Shown piece by piece: positions 63,083 to 64,000 of a stretch of 64,000 nt of DNA. The notes beneath the pieces are model-generated. The model searched no databases, had not been told where the DNA came from, and was given only the letters and a program-made list of their open reading frames with translations. Location: contig JAUCBJ010007248.1 of NCBI GenBank assembly GCA_032718475.1, positions 1 to 64,000 on the forward strand, read 5' to 3'. This DNA comes from Nemertoderma westbladi. Lineage: Eukaryota > Animalia > Xenacoelomorpha. Numbering within the stretch: position 1 is the first letter of the stretch; every line of letters starts with the position of its first letter. The translations under genes were made by a program, and so were the position numbers.

Positions 63083-64000
63083 CTAGGCTCCCCTAACCTC
63101 CTTAGCGGCTGGTCCCCCTCGGCGCCCGCTGGTATGGGCGTCGCCTGCAATCCCGACGTCGACTGTTTCGGTGACCCCACCGTCCATCCCAGTTCTCGCC
63201 CTAGAGACTCCCCCGAACTCCCTGATGAAGTCCAACGAAGTTCATCCAAGCCCGCCTGTTCCTCGAAGCCGTAGCTCTGTGCCCTAGCTTCCTCCTCCCT
63301 TTCTTCTGCTTCTCTCCTCTCCCGTCTGGCGACTTCTTCCAGCCGCTTCGCCTCTCGCCTATCCGTCTCTAGCTGCTCCCATCTCTGACACGGCGTATCC
63401 ACCTCCCTGTCTACCAGATGTCGGCTGTTATAGTACACCGACTCGCCCTTCAGCCCCGGGTGGTCTACCAGACCCCCGAAAGCCGTCTTAAAGGCTCTTC
63501 TGTAGCTTAGGGGTGATCCCGATAATAGGAATGCCGTTGGTTCCCTCTCGATAATCACGGTCATGAATAGGTTAAGCAAACCTATCATTATCCAGTCCTC
63601 CTGTAGGATATATCGCTTCTGATATACCTTTATAGCTCCTCTCTGGAATTGATACACCTCTTGTCTCCCTGGCCTCGCTCCCCACTTCAGCGAGTTCGCC
63701 AAGTCTGCTCTGTACTCCTCTCTGAACTTGCCCCAGTCCATCGGTTTGTGACACACGAGCCACATTAACTGGCCCATCGCCACTGCCCCGCAATGTCCTG
63801 TGTTCTCTACTAGTCCCAATCCGTCCGGCGCTGTCATAGCCATGTAGACCGTCTGCGTATCCAGAAGGTTGGGGGTGTCCGGACCGATGATCCTCTCCGC
63901 GTCGTCGCAAATCACCGATCCCACTTTCGTCGTCGACTTCTCTCTCACTAGTGCTTGCACCGCCTTTGGCAGCCGGTTTAACTTCGGCCCATCCTTCTTT
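63076..64000 (-). CDS. Unknown ORF with a charged coiled-coil segment, overlapping the zinc-knuckle ORF; probably open beyond the window edge
   Basis: At least 294 aa open; RREAKRLEEVARRERREAEEREEE; no RT, RNase H or integrase motifs recognised. Confidence 0.55.
   Translation of the reverse strand, partial: KKDGPKLNRLPKAVQALVREKSTTKVGSVICDDAERIIGPDTPNLLDTQTVYMAMTAPDGLGLVENTGHCGAVAMGQLMWLVCHKPMDWGKFREEYRADLANSLKWGARPGRQEVYQFQRGAIKVYQKRYILQEDWIMIGLLNLFMTVIIEREPTAFLLSGSPLSYRRAFKTAFGGLVDHPGLKGESVYYNSRHLVDREVDTPCQRWEQLETDRREAKRLEEVARRERREAEEREEEARAQSYGFEEQAGLDELRWTSSGSSGESLGRELGWTVGSPKQSTSGLQATPIPAGAEGDQPLRRLGEPRW

Larger units (their letters stand above)
61372..64000 (-). mobile_element. Internal 3' region of the LTR element (continues beyond the window)
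   Basis: Abrupt GC increase, purine-rich minus strand, PPT, co-oriented ORFs. Confidence 0.75.

Overview
AT-rich, repeat-dense eukaryotic DNA, most likely from an invertebrate animal (spliced homeobox gene, LINEs, SINE-like elements, MITEs); the species cannot be determined from the sequence. Host genes: an intronless LPGAT1-like acyltransferase (3038-4132 +); an intronless cytochrome-b5 front-end fatty acid desaturase with non-metazoan-type His boxes (16800-18077 -); a three-exon NK4/tinman-type homeobox gene that the ORF track shows only as disconnected pieces (36337-28862 -); and a small spliced signal-peptide/Thr-rich/hydrophobic-tail gene nested antisense in its second intron (30755-31253 +). 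The rest is mostly mobile and repetitive DNA: minisatellites (13, 51, 27, 29 and 33 bp units), hAT, piggyBac-like, Harbinger and foldback MITEs, RTE and L2-group LINE relics, an inverted Penelope-type repeat with hammerhead-like motifs, a frameshifted THAP/P-element transposase, and a decayed Polinton/Maverick-like element (pPolB, degenerate dUTPase, PC4-like ORF) whose polymerase is cut by an LTR element with a triple zinc-knuckle ORF. No CRISPR array and no rRNA. All family calls come from motifs read by eye; no database searches were run.
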